DNA of 63,755 nucleotides, filler included, from Chiloscyllium plagiosum (GCF_004010195.1; 3 parts of one record of this genome joined end to end with filler, not necessarily neighbours in it), one strand, 5' to 3'. Positions 39,001-53,735 are shown, counted from the first letter of the whole stretch. The notes: generated from the letters alone by a model not told the origin. Program-made: numbers and translations.

Positions 39001-39509
39001 GGTCCACAGATAAAGGGAAAAATACACCCACAATGATCATATCACCCTACCGGGTGGAAATGTTAAACAAAGTAGCCCCAAAAAAAAGGTAACAAGTGAA
39101 ACTTTTTCTTATGACGGGGAAAGATCAGATTGTTCACTTCAGTAGCATTGTGTGTCAATGTGACCTATAGACTTTTAACCTTAGCGTCTCTTGTTTGCAT
39201 TGGGCTGAATCAGCAGCCAGCAAACAGCTACATTTGGCACAGTCGATGGTCCAAGTAAATATAGGCCAGATGTATTATGAAACAAAGCATAATCCAGGAT
39301 GGAAGTAGATGTGTGTTATAAGAAAAGTTCTGACTCAGCTATCTAAAGCATGCCCTTTGCACACTGGTGACATCAGCAAGAAGGCAGCTCAATGCTATGT
39401 CGACAGACTAATTGTAGCTTACAAGCTGAAAGGTTTATCCAGAGGAAACCAAAGCATGGTGTGTTTAGTTTCAAGTGAGAGCAGGAAGACAAATTTCAAA
39501 TGTGGTTCC

Positions 39510-39942
39510 TATTTGTGGCTCTGTGGTAACACTCTTATCTCTAAGTCAGAAGGCTGTGGGTTAAAGTCTTACTCTAGTTACTGATGCACAATTTCTAAAT
39601 AACTCCTCCAGTGCAGTAAAGCTGCATTGTCAGAGGTGCTGTGCATAGACTGAGGTGCTAAACTGCGTCCTCATTTCCCTTCTGAGATAATTGTAATCTC
39701 CCAAAGAGGATGAGCAGTGGAATTCACCCCTGTGTCTTGCCGAGTATATAATGTTCAGCATTTTAAAGAAGGCTGTCAGATCAGTCATCTCTTTGCTGTT
39801 TGCAGATCATTGATGTGAACAATTTGGTTTCATATTTTATACTTTGCAGCAGTGACTACACTTCAGAATGCTTTCATTGGCTTTAAAGTTTTTTGGGAAG
39901 TCCTGAGGTTACGAAGGACACATAAATTCAAACCTTTCTTTT
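39510..39942 (+). mobile_element. Deu-domain SINE, near full length
   Basis: tRNA head gtggctctgtggtaacactctt...gtgggttaaagtc, core, tail cagtgactacacttcagaatgctttcattggc. Confidence 0.75.
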
Positions 39943-41290
39943 GATGCCCGACTTGGCTTGGGCTTGTTTAACATTAAACCTCCTCAGGCACTAAGACCGC
40001 TTTGTGAAACACCACAAAACTTGCATGGGATAAAATGATGCCTGTCAGTTTAGAAAGTTGATGGCTAGCATCTACATTGCATGTGTCTTGAGAACAACAT
40101 GGGAACTGCAGATGATTTGCAATGGAGAAGTATGTGGTGTTACTTTGAAACCATAATGGTAAAAATCCACACTGTCATTGAATATTGACAGTTATGAGTC
40201 AGTTGATTGGCAGTGAGCTGAGGAGTGTTTGCTGAGAACAACAATCAGTTAGTGTTCTCCATTAACATCAGAGTTTAGTCACACAGTAGATGGATCTTAT
40301 AAATTATTTACCTGTGTATATCTTTCCACAAAAGTGGAAAGATTTATCAGTGTTAAAAAACAGACCACCGAACAGCTATCTTTGTGTCCAATGATCCTGA
40401 TCTTCTGATCAACCCTGTTTCTGACTCTGATTGGAGAAAAAAGTACATAGCTTACCTTTGGAGGAGTTCGCTATGAGTGAACCTCTGTTCCAGGAGTTTT
40501 CCCAACTGAAGCAGCCTAGTCCAGGCCAACAGCCAAGTGGTGAAACAGCTCCCCTTTATTTCCACACATCTACCATATTCCAAGATTTAAATGCCCTGTA
40601 GGCACTTTGACAGCTGCTGAGGGAAAACATTTGTGCAAAGTACATCAGAGAGGAAGTAGACTTACATGTGGCTCATAGGGTAGGCTGCCAGCTGGATGGC
40701 AGGTTGGGGCATCAGGTGGCTGGGGTTAAGGTGGCAGGTAAGTGAGTGAGTGCTAGGTGGGTCGTGGGGATCAGGTTGGGAGTGGGATTTGGGGGACTGT
40801 GAGGATGAGTCTGGTTAGGAGCTCGCCTTTGGGATCAGGAGGCATTTGGGTGAGGGTGGTAATGATCAGGGTGTCAGAAGTCAGATTGGGGCTTTGATTG
40901 GGTTAGAAAGAGTGAGGACCAGGTTCAGTGTAGAAAGTTATTGTGGAGGAGTGGGGGTGGCGGGTGGATGGTGGTGTTCAATTCAGATTCACAGCTGGTC
41001 ATGTCCAGGGTGGGACAAAATCAGGTTCATACGAAGTCTGTACGGGGATGTAGGCAACTGAGTTTTCATTGGGATTGTCACTGGTGGCAGAGGGGGTATT
41101 GTGATGGAGGGAAAGGGGCCAGTTTAATAATTACTCAGCAGTTAAAACAGGTTTTAATTCCTCTAACATTTCTTATAAGTAAGTAAGTCTGAATCGTAAA
41201 ACCATACGACATAAGAGCAGAAGAAAGCCATTCCAGTCTGCTTCACCATTAACTGAGGTCATTGTTGATCTGATAATTCTCAACTCCACT

Positions 41291-42423
41291 TGATTTGATT
41301 TGATTTATTGTACTCACATGTACCAAGGTACAGTGAAAAGCTTTGGATGCGAGCAGTATAGGCAGATCATAGTAAGCAAGGACATATAGATCATAAGGTG
41401 CTTATACAGAGTGAGGCGTACAGGTTACACTGCATAGTAGATGTGCAAAGCAAGACCAACATTAGCAAGATAAGCATTATTTGAAATTAGAAAGTCCAAT
41501 AACGGTGGGGAGGAAGCTGTTCTTGAACCTGCTGGTGGATTGTACAAGCCTCTATATTGTTTGCCTGACAGAGGAGGTTGTAAGAAACCAATACTGGGCT
41601 GGGAAGGGTCTTTGATGTTGGCAGCCTTTCCGTGGCAATGAGAAATGTAAATGGAGTCCATAGATGGAAGGCTGGCTTCCACGATGGTCTGGGCTGCGCA
41701 TACAACTTCAGTAGTTTCTTACGGTCCTGAACAGCGCAGTTGCCATAACAGGCCATTATGCACTTGGATTGCATGCTTTCTGTGGTGCATTTGTAAAGAT
41801 TGGAGAGGGTCCTTATGGACATGCCAAATTTCCTGAGCCACCTGAGGAAGAAGAGGTGTTGTTGTGTCTTCTTGACTGTTGCATCTACATGGGAAGTCCA
41901 GGACAGATTGTTGGTTATCGTCACTCCAAGGGACTTGACACTCTCGACCCTGTCACCCTCCGCTCCATTGATGTAGATGGGGGCGTGTTCTCCTCCTTTC
42001 TTCTAAACTCGATGATCAGTTCTTTTTGTTTTGTCGTCACTGCACCATAACACCAAGTCCTCTATCTCCTGTCTGTATTCTGACTCATCGTTGGTTGATA
42101 TCCGTCCTATCACAATGGTGTCATCAACAAACTTGTAAATCAAATTCATTCAGAATTTGGAAACACAGTCATGGGTTCACAAAGAGTATAGTAGGAGGCT
42201 AAGATCACATTTTTTTTGGGGGGGGGCTCCAGTGTTGAGGGTTATCATGGAGGGGATGCTATTGTCTATCTTCACTGATTGTAGACTATGGGTCAGGCTG
42301 AGGCTCCAATTGCAGGGGGCAGAATCGAGACCTAAGTCTTGGAGTTTTGAGATCAGTCTGGAGCAGATAATGGTGTTGAAGGCAGAACTGTAGTCAATGT
42401 GTAGGAGCCTGATGTGGGTGTCC
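41291..42423 (-). mobile_element. Rex1/Babar-clade LINE 3' part
   Basis: ORF 41487-41924 (ITNNLSWTSHVDATVKKTQQHLFFLRWLRKFG); SAFNTII motif at ~42367-42388; (aatca)n tail. Confidence 0.88.
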
Positions 42424-42892
42424 CTTCCTGCCTTTTCCTCATAAACTAGGTTTCCCTTACTGGTTAAATATCAGTCTACCTCAGCCTTGAATTTACTTAA
42501 TCTCAGATCTCTGACTTTAATACAGGGCTGAGGATCTTTTTGGAGGTTACCAGACGCTATGTAATTGCCATTGGAAGTTTTAATATCTCGGGCAATTCCC
42601 GTGTACCTAGTGTATCCACATGATCCCGATTTGTATCTTCAACGGCACTTCTAACCTGAGGCAAAATAGACTCATTTTTAAAACATTAATTTTTGCAGAT
42701 GACTCACTCAACTGCCAACTCTATCAAAGCAGATTGGAAAAGTTTTAGTTATCATCTTTTACATATGATCACGTTATGGTAGATAATTGATCAATATCAA
42801 CATTGTGAAAGGTTCTAATTTTGGAATAATTCCTAGAAGGATTTAGAAATTTATAATATATTCACTTAATAAAAGCCTCTTCTCTTCAAACT

Positions 42893-43205
42893 TACTCATT
42901 CACAGGATGTTTGCTTCACTGCCAAGGCCAGCATCTTGTTGCTCGCCCCTAATCATCTTTGAATAAGTGATGGGGAGTTTCTGTTTGAACCTCTTCAGCC
43001 TGCGTGGTGAAATTATACTCACAGTGTGGTTAGGGAAGAAGTTACAGGATGGTAACCCAGCAACACAGAAGGACTGATCAATATATTTCAGATCAGGACA
43101 GATAATGTGTGACTTGGGTGGAACTTGGAGGAAACTGTGTTCCAACTGGCATCATGTCCTCACTCACCTAAGTTTAAAGGTCTTAGGTTTTGGAGATGCT
43201 GTCAA
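42893..43205 (-). mobile_element. 3' end of the CR1-group LINE family seen at 1290-2289
   Basis: Reverse-complement similarity to 11340-11590. Confidence 0.65.
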
Positions 43206-44304
43206 AGAATTCTATTGATCTTTAGTTTTCCCTTTAAATTTCTCCAGTTCTCCATCATTCTGAACATTGAGCTAAAAATATGTGATGTTTACTTATTGGC
43301 AGATATGTATCCCTACAACCTCCAAAACTGATCTGTCTAGCCAATGTTTGCAGTGTCAAGGGGAGGTGATGTAATATAAATGTGGCAGATGATTGATCAG
43401 GCCACTTGGGACATCTTGAATGCCAAGAAACCGAATCAGTGGCTTATGTAGTTGGTTCTGGGTTAATAACTTGATCAGTTTTTAATCAAGCTTCTGAATT
43501 TAAATAAATATCTTTGCCCTCTATTTTTGAAACGAAAGACCTCTGTTTCTAACCAAAAAAGGAGGCTTTTCAGACTAATCCCCCCAATCAATGAGACCTA
43601 GATGCTTTCCTGGCATAAAGGGTGTGAGATTTTATCAGTTGTCCAAACGAGCTGACAAATGCTTATCTTTAAATTTTGGAACAAACCATCAAAGCTTATT
43701 TCATTAGAAATGAAATAGACTTCCAAAGAACACTTAAATAAAGTTTTTCTCCCAATTCTTTCAGTGAAAAGCTGTTCAGAGAACCCTGAAACACAACAAA
43801 CGACATTGTGAATCTTGTTATACTTTTGCGGCATGTTTATGGCACTGGCAAGGCCAGAATTCCTATCCTGAGTTGCTACAACTGAATAGTTTGCTGGGCC
43901 ATTGCAAAAGGTAGTTGGATTTCAATCACTTTGCTGTATATCTGGAATCATGTGTAGGTCAGCCCAATTAAGAGAGCAAATTCCCTTTTCAAAAGGAGCT
44001 AGAGATGTTTCATGGTGGTCATTATTGATAAAGCTTTCAATGTTTCGAACTGAATTTTGGAACATACAATTGTCATGGCAGGATTTGAACTCCTGTCCCC
44101 AAAGTGTCATGGCACTGCCACTGCACCACTCTTATCCCCTTGGTTTGATCCGAAGTTAAACTATATATTTCACTGCAGTAAATTGAACCAGTGCTCCTGG
44201 ATGATGGAGTATAAATATATCGTGGAATTTTATCTTGTTTAGTCTACTACATATGGACATTGGGTAGAAAAGGATTGGACACAACTACAATATTGCCTGC
44301 CATT

Positions 44305-44595
44305 CATAGAATCCCTACAGTGTGGAAATAGGCCCTTCGGCCCAAGAAGTCCACACCGACCCTCCAAAGAGTAACTCAGCCAGACCCAATCCCCTACCCT
44401 ATATTTCCTCTGACTAATGCACCTAAGCTAACATCCCTGAGCACTATGGGTAATTTAGCATAGCCAACTTACCTAACCTGCACATCTTTGGATTGTAGGA
44501 GGAAGCCCACACAGTCATGGAAAAAATGTGCAAACTCCCAAGGCTGGAATCAAACCTGGGTCTGTGGTGCTATGAGGCAACTACTGAACCACCCA
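44305..44595 (-). mobile_element. HE1 SINE
   Basis: Similar to 1873-2203. Confidence 0.87.
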
Positions 44596-44971
44596 GATAA
44601 TAGTCCCTGCCCGAACCAGGCAGTCTCTAGTCTTTGGATAGGAAGTTAGATTCTGGATGATGGATGTTGCTCCCCAACAAAAGAGTCGAGTCATTCAAGG
44701 TTGGAGAAAAGGATGGGACACAATTGATGAAAAAGGGATGAAACAAATTTCTTCCAATTAAAAGAAGCGATCATTCAGGTGTCAACTATGTGGATCTTAT
44801 GTGTCTCTGACTGAGGAGAGCTTGTGCAATGTACAAAATAACCATGGAGTGAAATAAATTGTCATTGATTGCAATTTTATCAGTTCACTTCGTCAGATCA
44901 TTGAATTTTTTTATAGAACAGAAGCTTCACCTCAGAAGAGGCAATAGCAATGAAATCTTGCCTCGAGCCTG

Positions 44972-45500
44972 GGGTGGCTCAGTTGGTAACTCTCTCTCCT
45001 CAGTATTATAATTTTGTGGATTCATGTTTCACTCCAGACTTGATTATATAATCTGCAATGCTCTATGCAGAATCAGTGATACTGTCTTTTGGATGAGAAA
45101 TTAAAGGCAAGGCCTTGTTTGGCTTCTCAGGTGGTTGTAATCAATCATATGATGCTAGTTTGCAAATGATCATGGAAGTGATCCCAATTTCCGAGCCAAT
45201 ACTTGGCCTTCAACCAATATGACGATATTTAGATTACCTGGCTATTATGACATTGCTGTTTGTGAGTTTTCTGTACACAAATTGGCTGCTGCATTTCCTA
45301 CATTAAAATAGTTATTTGCTTCAAATGTAGGGAGGGCAGGATTAGAGTATTGAGCTTGATGAACAACCATGGCAGAGCATGTCTGAAGGATTGAATGGCC
45401 TCTTGCTCCTTTTTTCTTGGTTTCTATGTTTAATTGCCTGTAAAGCACACGGAAATGTTCTAATACTGTGAATGATGCTTAAATGTAGAAATGTAATTTG
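44972..45500 (+). mobile_element. Deu-domain SINE interrupted by a short CR1 tail
   Basis: gtggctcagttggtaac head; core cacaaattggctgctgcatttcctacatt. Confidence 0.7.
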
Positions 45501-48500
45501 ATTTGTAAAACTGGAGGAGTCCATTTGGCCCATCATGGCTTTGTTGACTGAAAGAAAGGGAAACAGCATAAATCCACTTCCCACCTCTTGTTCATTACCA
45601 TGTAGGTTGTGGCACTTCAAACATTTTTTAAAAAGTATTCTGCCTCTGTTTGCCCAATCAGGCAGTGAGTTTGTGACTCCCATAACTTTTAGGGTGAAAA
45701 AACATTTTCTTAACTCGCTCTAAGTATCCTACTAATTACTTTAAAGCTGCCTTGCAAGTCTTACTTTCCCTAATGGGCAACTGGGTGCTGTCAGATATTT
45801 TTTAAACAAATGACTTGGAGTTTATAAACAGGACCTCCCAGCTATTTGATGGCAAACTTCCCAGATTCTATTGGCAATAAATTTAATTCACCTTGCTGGA
45901 TAATTAATGTAACCATGGAACATTGTCCTAATAGGTAAAACAGGATGACAATAGCAGGCAACTACATTATATACGGCAGCAATTAAAATGTTGCATAATT
46001 CACCAGTCGCTTAATTAATTTTTCTTCAAAATCATCACACAAGCATGAAAATATCTGACCATCAGGGCTTTGTTATGATTTGAATAAAATTAACATTTCA
46101 GTAGTGAGTTAAGTGGATTCTATACTAAGACAACCTTTTGTTGCCAAACCCTTTCCAAATCCAAAATTAAACCTGATGGCTGGGGCTTAAGTGTGGAACC
46201 AAGTCAAAGTTCAGCTGACTACTTATATTTGGCTTCAGATCTGTTGCCTCTGTATTATGTTTTCTAATTTACACTTTCTTTAATATGTTTTAAAAACTCT
46301 AGTTTTCTGAAAAGGAACAAAGTTCGCTCCTTCAGACGAAGCCATGAATGAACACTGTTAAAGAAGTATGCTCTCACTCACCATTCCCCATTCTGCACCC
46401 TGCTCTTAATGCCCTTCTGGCTAACAGTGTGCCTAGATCTTCCAATAAAGTGGAGCTTTTCTGAAACTCTACCAAGCTCTCATCAAATCAGTGTGCTCAT
46501 TACTGTATATTGTATATTAAAATTCCCATCCTAGTTTAAAAACTCTTCACGTCATCCCTTCCTATCTTTGTACCCTCTCAATTAAAAAAAATCTAAAAGC
46601 TATGCAATTCTCTAATTGTGGTCTTTGATGCAACCCAAATTTTAATTAAGCCACCATTTTGTGGTCCTGCCTTTAGCAGTCTTAGTCTCAAGATTTAGAA
46701 GATTTTGTCCACCTTTAAGGTGCTTTTTAAAATCAACCTCTTGGATCATTTTACAATGTTGAGCATTACATATGTGGTTCTTGTAGGAAGGCCCAGATGT
46801 GTCTTACTTAAGGACTGAATCACTGCAAACCTTCTGCTCCCAGTGGGTAGCTTTCCATCATGGAAATTTGGGAGTTCGTTTCATGTAATTTCTCTGACCA
46901 TTAAATGGTTGGAGAGTCACATGCAGCACGTGCACAAATTTTCATCAGCACTTGCAAAACGCCCTTTCCCAAGGGCACAAAGTCAGAAAACAATCTGGAA
47001 GTGATTGTATTTTATCAATTTTTTTTTATGGCTCTACCAATCAGGCAACAAGATTCAGCTGGAAAGAAGCAAAGCAACCTCAACTGCTGCTTTTCACTTG
47101 CATTGAAACATGAGAACTTTCTATTGGCAGTTCATTAGATTTTCAAGGAAGATGGAAAATGGAAAATAATTCAGAATAGGATCGGATAATGATTGCACAT
47201 AATAGACTCTGCAGCACATTAGATCATGTCATTAAGATCTTGAATGTTTTAGACCACTTGAAATGTTTGCCTATAATTTCCATAGCTCATCTGAGTGTGT
47301 GTCATAACTTTGATGGAAATCCCAGAGAAAATGCTCAAAAGGCTGTGACCCCTGTTTCTCCTAACCTCTGAACTCAAGGCAGACAAAGCTCTGATGAACC
47401 ACACTGTATTGTCATCTGAAAATCTTCAGTAACATTTGTAACTTATCAAACTACAGGATGTTTATGATCATGAAGAACCATTCTTCCACTGTGGGGATCC
47501 AATATTAGCATCAAGTGTTCCTGGTTCTTGTGACATTGTGTTCATGTCCCTACTGCTGAATTAAGAAGCCTAGGTTCAAGTCTCATCTGCTCTAAAGGTT
47601 TTAATAAAATCTCTGAGCAGGTTGATTATCTGGGCAATCCTATCCCCATCCTCAACTTCAGCTGTTTTCGAACTAGCAGGATCCTGTAGGGTTTTTCTCA
47701 TTGTGTGAGGGTCATTCACCCTTCCAAATCATGAACAAACTGCTGAAGGTCTGGGCTTGCCTTTATGAATCACACTGAAAAACGATGAATAATGCAATGG
47801 ACACAATTTCAGATTTTAGAGTAGTGAGAGTATGCTTAATACACATGGCAAATCTCTATATGGCATAACTGATGCTAAACATTCTTATGACTAGCTACAA
47901 AGCAATTGTTAAACTCCCAAAAATTAACCAAGGTCTGTCCTGAAGATGAGGGTCCACTCTCTACATGTTTGTTGGGTTGAGGGTTCTGTATGCTTTCAAT
48001 GAAACCTTTACCCTGTTGTTTCTCCTCTGGTTAGTGTCCTCAGGGCTGTATATGTTTTTTGGACTATGCAAGGTCCTTTGATCGCCTTCACTAGGGAGAA
48101 AGTGGGAGTTGCCCTAATGTCTTGATTTCATAGTTGTCTGCTTCTGTGGTTCTTCTTTCCTATTTGTTCCATTCAACTCTGCATTTCGACTGTTTTTTTG
48201 ACTCATCTACCCAGTCAGTGAAAGCAAACATTAATTTACCTCATTGCTTCCCTGCACAGAAAGCTTTGTTTAAATTTCCCATTGTCATCTAGCTGTTATT
48301 GCAGGGCAATGGAAAGTCCTGAGTGAACTAACCTCTGATGGGTTCAGTTGTCTCCATGACAATCACTTGATGTCATTGGCTCCCTAAATATTTTGGTACC
48401 AAAAATAAAGTGGTCACCATCTATTTTTGGTGGCATTGATTTCAGCTATGTATTTGAAAGCTTTTGGCCCTGGGATCAACAAATCTTGGCATGCCATCCT

Positions 48501-49309
48501 TTCAGTTATTAAATGGAAGTTCAGATTTACTTTTAGAATTCGTTGATCCACCTTTGCTTTGCTTTTTTTGTGAGGAACTTCAGCTTGGTTCAAGTTAAAC
48601 TCACCTATGTCTTTTTGCAGTTATTCTTCTTTAGTTTGCAGTGACAGTTGTTACAATCTCCATCGATAATAACTTCGAAAATAAAGTTGAACTTCTATTT
48701 AATAGCTGGAAGAATAACATGCCGAGACTTCATCATTTTAACCCCTCACTAATTTCATCTCTTCAATCTGAGTGCGACCTCCTATCCCATTCCTGGCCAC
48801 CCTAGTGTCTTGCTGCCTCAAATTCATGACTAGAGATAGGAGAAGATTCCACTCAACATTTCAGGTCACTGATCTTTCACCATCTCTTAAGCAACAGTTG
48901 CAGTCTTTAAGAGGTGGGAGTTGGATGCTGTATATCAGCACAGCTGATTGCAAACCCCAATCCTGTCTGAGTGTGGGCTATAAATTGTTTGAGTTAGTCT
49001 CAAAAAGTCAAAACTTGGCTTAGCATCATTTTGGCAAGCCTTAGTGTGAGGACTGTAGATGCTCCCACAGTGTTCTTCATTTTAGGCCTGTATCGTGGGA
49101 GCTGCCACCTTTTGGATGAAATGTTAAACCCAGGCTCTGCCTGTCCTCTCAGGTGGACACAAAAGATCCCAAAACACTGGGATCATTGCTGGATCCTAGT
49201 CAGTATTCATGCCTCTGCCAATGCCAAAAACCATTGCTACAGCGCTGTGTGTGGTATCTTGACTGTCACATTTCTTGTAGCAGTGAGTACATTGCAAAAC
49301 TATTTTACA

Positions 49310-49860
49310 GAAACATAGACACAGAGACGCAGAATATAGGTGCAACAACAGGCCATTCAGCCCTTCAAGCCAACTCTCCCTTTCAATATATGGTTGATCA
49401 TCCAATTCTCCTAGCTTTCTCAACATATTCTTTCATCCCTTTAGTTTTGAGAACGATATCTCTCTTTGTGTTGAAAACATTCAATGTTATAGCATCAATC
49501 ACTTGCTGTGGCAGAGAATTCCACTGGCTCACCACTCTCTGGGTGAATAAATTTCCTTCATTTTTGTCCCAGAAGGCCTAGAGCTTATCCTTAACCTGAC
49601 CCCTGGTTCTGGGTTCCCTGCCATTGAGAATATCCTTCCTGCATCCACCTGCCTAATCCTCTTAGAATTTAATAGGTTTCTGTGAGATTATCCCCCTCAT
49701 TCGTTTAAACTCTAGTGAATATAATCCTAACTCATCCAGTCTCCCCCCATACATCAGTCCTGCCATCCCAAGAATCATTTTTGTAAATCTTCTCTGCATT
49801 TCTTCAATAGCTGCAGCATCTTCCTCAGATAAGGAGACCAAATATGCACACAATGCATTA
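49310..49860 (-). mobile_element. Older CR1 3' fragment
   Basis: IEEMQRRFTKMILGMAGLMYGGRLDELGLYSLE in ORF 49662-49853. Confidence 0.85.
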
Positions 49861-49914
49861 TTTCATTTTGGAATGTGCCAATCTTGTGAAAGACTCTGTA
49901 AAAATGCAAGGCTT

Positions 49915-50160
49915 GTATCTGCGTGGGTTTCCTCCAGATGCTCCGGTTTCCTCCCACAGTCCAAAGATGTGCAGGTTAGGTGAATTGGCCATGCTAAATT
50001 GTCCATAGTGTTAGGTGTAGGGAATGGGTCTGGGTGGTTGCTCTTTGGAAGGTTGGTGTGGACTTGTTGGGCCGAAGGGCCTATTTCCACACTGTAGGGA
50101 ATCTAATTTAATCTAATCTAATCTAATCTAATCTAATTTCTCTTCCATCTAATCTAATTT
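49915..50160 (+). mobile_element. 5'-truncated HE1 SINE with expanded (aatct)n tail
   Basis: Core plus tail repeats 50099-50137. Confidence 0.85.
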
Positions 50161-51872
50161 CTCTTCCATCTTATCTCTTGTGTTATCCACGAAAGAAATC
50201 TCTTCTTGCAAGACAGAATGCTAGCTTTGAGTTAAGACTGACATAATTAAGTGAGCAAGATCTGTTAGCCACAGGAGCAGAATGCGGGACTGACACAGTT
50301 GCACAATCATTGCATGAAAAATTCCATGTTTAGACAGCACAGACAATACATGTCACTAATGGGAAGCCCTGTGGTAATCTCCAGGGACATCTCTCTCACC
50401 TCACACCAAGTATGTTAACAAATTGATCGTATTATGTTTAAACTTTGTCTTGTGAATTATGTTTCTGGTTTAGTAAGCTGGCAGCGTAGCAGAAAGCATG
50501 ATGGCTTTGGGAAGGCAAAGAACAGAAGAAGGATCTCAATTCTAGATTGACTTTCACCTTCACTATGGTTAGAGACCTCCAGCACTTCAATTGGACAACA
50601 TTCTGTTTGGGAGAGGCTGTGAACAAGTGTACCAAAGACACTGCTGGACCTTTCACAGGGAGTTGAAGCATTATTTCCAAATGCCTATAATATGCTCAGC
50701 AACCAACTAGGAGTTGGCTAAAAATTAATTTTATTCTAGTCCAGGTTCTGGTTTTGACTAATGTCATTAGCTGGGGCTGAAAAGGGTTATCTTCATCTAC
50801 GAGGAGTCAAAAGTCATCATCATGCTAGACTTTGATGCTTGTTGAAAAGGGAAAATTCTAACAGATGCTGGCGAAAACCAACATTTACTCACATGGATTT
50901 GTCACTGAATATCTGAACACTGATGGACTAAACTCTCTCCAACATCTCCCTTCTTGTCAGCAGTTGTTGCATTTGTAGAGTAACTGCTGGCTACATGGAA
51001 TCAATGTGATTGTCTACTTTCCGAAGCGGAATATTCTTGCAGTACCGGGATATGTTGGTGATGTTTGCTTTTCACGTTTTGCTGGACAGGGGAGGACGAT
51101 ATTGCAACTCTCAAGCAAGAAGTCCAACAGCCTGTTTGACATGTCCCTTACAGGCTGATGCCTTTCCTGTTCATCTGGAAGAAATCAAAGACCCTTTTTT
51201 CGAAAATGACTATCACTTGAAGAAGGTGAAAACTCAGCATTTTTATAACCAAATGCATGGCAAATTGCCAAATGTTTCTGCTACAATGCATAATTTGGAA
51301 ATATGAGAAATAAATGCATATAATAAATTTACGTATTGCTAGGAATACATAGAATTTAGAAGAGACTTAATTCCGAATTCTCATGTCTTTTGACTTTAAT
51401 TACAATTTGTTTTCAGGAAACTCATATTTAAAACAATATTTAGCATAAGATATGTGGAATTAAGACCAAATCTTTTCAACTTTTGATTCTCAAAGTCAAA
51501 ATAATAGTTTCTAGGAACACAGAATAATTTACTAGCTTGATTATATTAAGAATAATGATGTTTGCAACAATAAAACCTGTCCTTTGAATCAAAGGTAATA
51601 TCTATAACTGTGATGCAGCGATGTCATTTGAACAGGTTTATTTGGAATTTGATTATGCTCTTCATTAAAATAATTATTTGAAACTGTAAAGTGCAGCTTA
51701 ACGATTATGCTTGCATCCCAGCAATAAAAAGATGGTTTTGCCTTTCCTTAGATTACTTTGTCTTTTTTCATATTTATATGATCCAACTAGAAAAGCATGG
51801 GAGCTGAACATGAAATCTTAAAGGCTTGTGGCTCTGGAGTCAGAATTAGATATCCCTGGTCATCGATAGAAA

Positions 51873-53735
51873 TATAGAGTCATAGAGTCATAGAGATGTA
51901 CAGCATGGAAACCGACCCTTCGGTCCAACTTGTCCATGCTGACCAGATATCCCAACCCAATCTACTCCCACCTGCCAGCACCTGGCCCATATCCCTCCAA
52001 ACCTTTCCTATTCATATACCCATCCAAATGCCTCTTGAATGTTGCAATTGTATACCAGCCTCCATCACATCCTCTTGCAGCTCATTCCATACACGTACCA
52101 CCCTCTGTGTGAAAAGGTTGCCCCTTAGGTCTCTTTTATATCTTTCCCCTTTCACCCTAAACCTATGCCCTCTAGTTCTGGACTCCCCGACCCCAGGGAA
52201 AAGACTTTGCCTATTTATCCTATCCATGCCCCTCATAATTTTGTAAACAAGGTCACCCCAGTCTCCAAAACTCCAGGGAAAACAGCCCTAGCCTGTTCAG
52301 CCTCTCCCTATAGGTCAAATCCTCCAACAACCGCAACATCCTTGTAAATCTTTTCTGAACCCTTTCAAGTTNNNNNNNNNNNNNNNNNNNNNNNNNNNNN
52401 NNNNNNNNNNNNNNNTTAATTAATTAANNNNNNNNNNNNNNNNNNNNNNNNNNNNNNNNNNNNNNNNNNNNAGTTTAAATCCTCCCAAGCAGTTCTAGCA
52501 AATTTCCCTGCCAGTATATTAGTCCCCTTCCAATCCAAGTGCAATCTGTCCTTCTTGTACAGGTCACTTCTACCCCAAAAGAGATTCCAATGATCCAAAA
52601 ATGTGAATCCTTCTCCCATACACCAGCTCCTCAGCCATGCATTCATCTGCTCTGTCCTCCTATTCTTGCCCTCACTAGCTTGTAGCACCAGGAGTAATCC
52701 AGATATTACTACTCTCGAGGACCTCCTTTTTAAATTTCTGCCTAACTCTCTGTAATCTCCCTTCAGAATCTTAACCTTTTCTCTTCCTATGTCATTGGTT
52801 CCAATGTGGACAATGACCTTTTGCTGGCCCCTCTCCCCCTTGAGAACATTCTGCACTCTCCCTGAGACATCCTTGATCCTGGCACCAGGGAAGCAACACA
52901 CCATTCAGCTTTTTCGCTGCTGGCCACAGAACCATCTGTCATACCTCCGACTGCAGAATTCCCTAACACAATTGATCTCTTGGAAGCCGGTGTACCCCTC
53001 ATTGCATTAGAGTCAGTCTCAATACCAGAAAACTGGCTGTTCGTACTACGTTCCCCTGAGAATCCATCACCCCCTACCTTTTGCAAAACAGCATAACTGT
53101 TTGAAATGGGTATATCCACAAAAGACTCCTGCACTAGGTGCCTACCTCTCTTACCTTTCCAGGAGTTAACCCATCTATGTGACTGTATCTGAGACTTTCC
53201 CCCCTTCCTACAACTGCATCCATCACATACTGTTGCTGTTGCAAATTCCTCATTGCTTCTAACTGTCTCTACAAACTGATCCATTTGATCTGATAAGATT
53301 TGCATCCAACAGCATCTATGGCAGATATAATCTACAGTAACCCTTAAACTCTCTTTAAACTCCCACATCTGACAAGAAGTACATATCACTGTACTAAAGG
53401 CCATTTTTGCTCCTTCACAGTCTACAGACCCAGAAAATGACTCCATCTTATTCCTCTACAAAACACTGCCCCAGGTTAAATTAATAGTTATGGCTTATAT
53501 TTTAAATTTAATCAAGAGACATACCTCCAAAAACATATAATCAAGAAAGAACCCACTCTAATCACTTCTGCATACTTTCTGTTGGATACACTTAAAGTAA
53601 TGATTACCTTATTTGATTCTGTGCTGTGAACTTCACCCAACAGTTCCTCCAAGATCAGTTGTTAATTTTCCCAGATGCACTCCAATGTCCAGCGATACAT
53701 GAATTCAAAATAGCAAAGGCAGTAACAATGCAAGT
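51873..53735 (-). mobile_element. HER1/CR1 LINE with 5' region and 3' end joined across an assembly gap
   Basis: 3' end 51873-52371 nearly identical to 1-314; ORF1 region 52472-53404. Confidence 0.88.
52472..53404 (-). pseudogene. Frameshifted CR1 ORF1: N-terminal Cys finger plus SGNH/GDSL esterase
   Basis: CTSCQMWE...YICHRC; IVLGNS; VCCFPGARIKDV; IVHIGTNDI; DRLHL. Confidence 0.85.

Noticed and set aside
48399..48432. Short hairpin ccaaaaata...tatttttgg
   Set aside because: Low-complexity arms, too short for a pre-miRNA.
51010..51306. 98-aa ORF and other non-TE ORFs such as 7684-8154 and 26415-26690
   Set aside because: No recognisable domain or consistent exon chain; lengths are compatible with chance.
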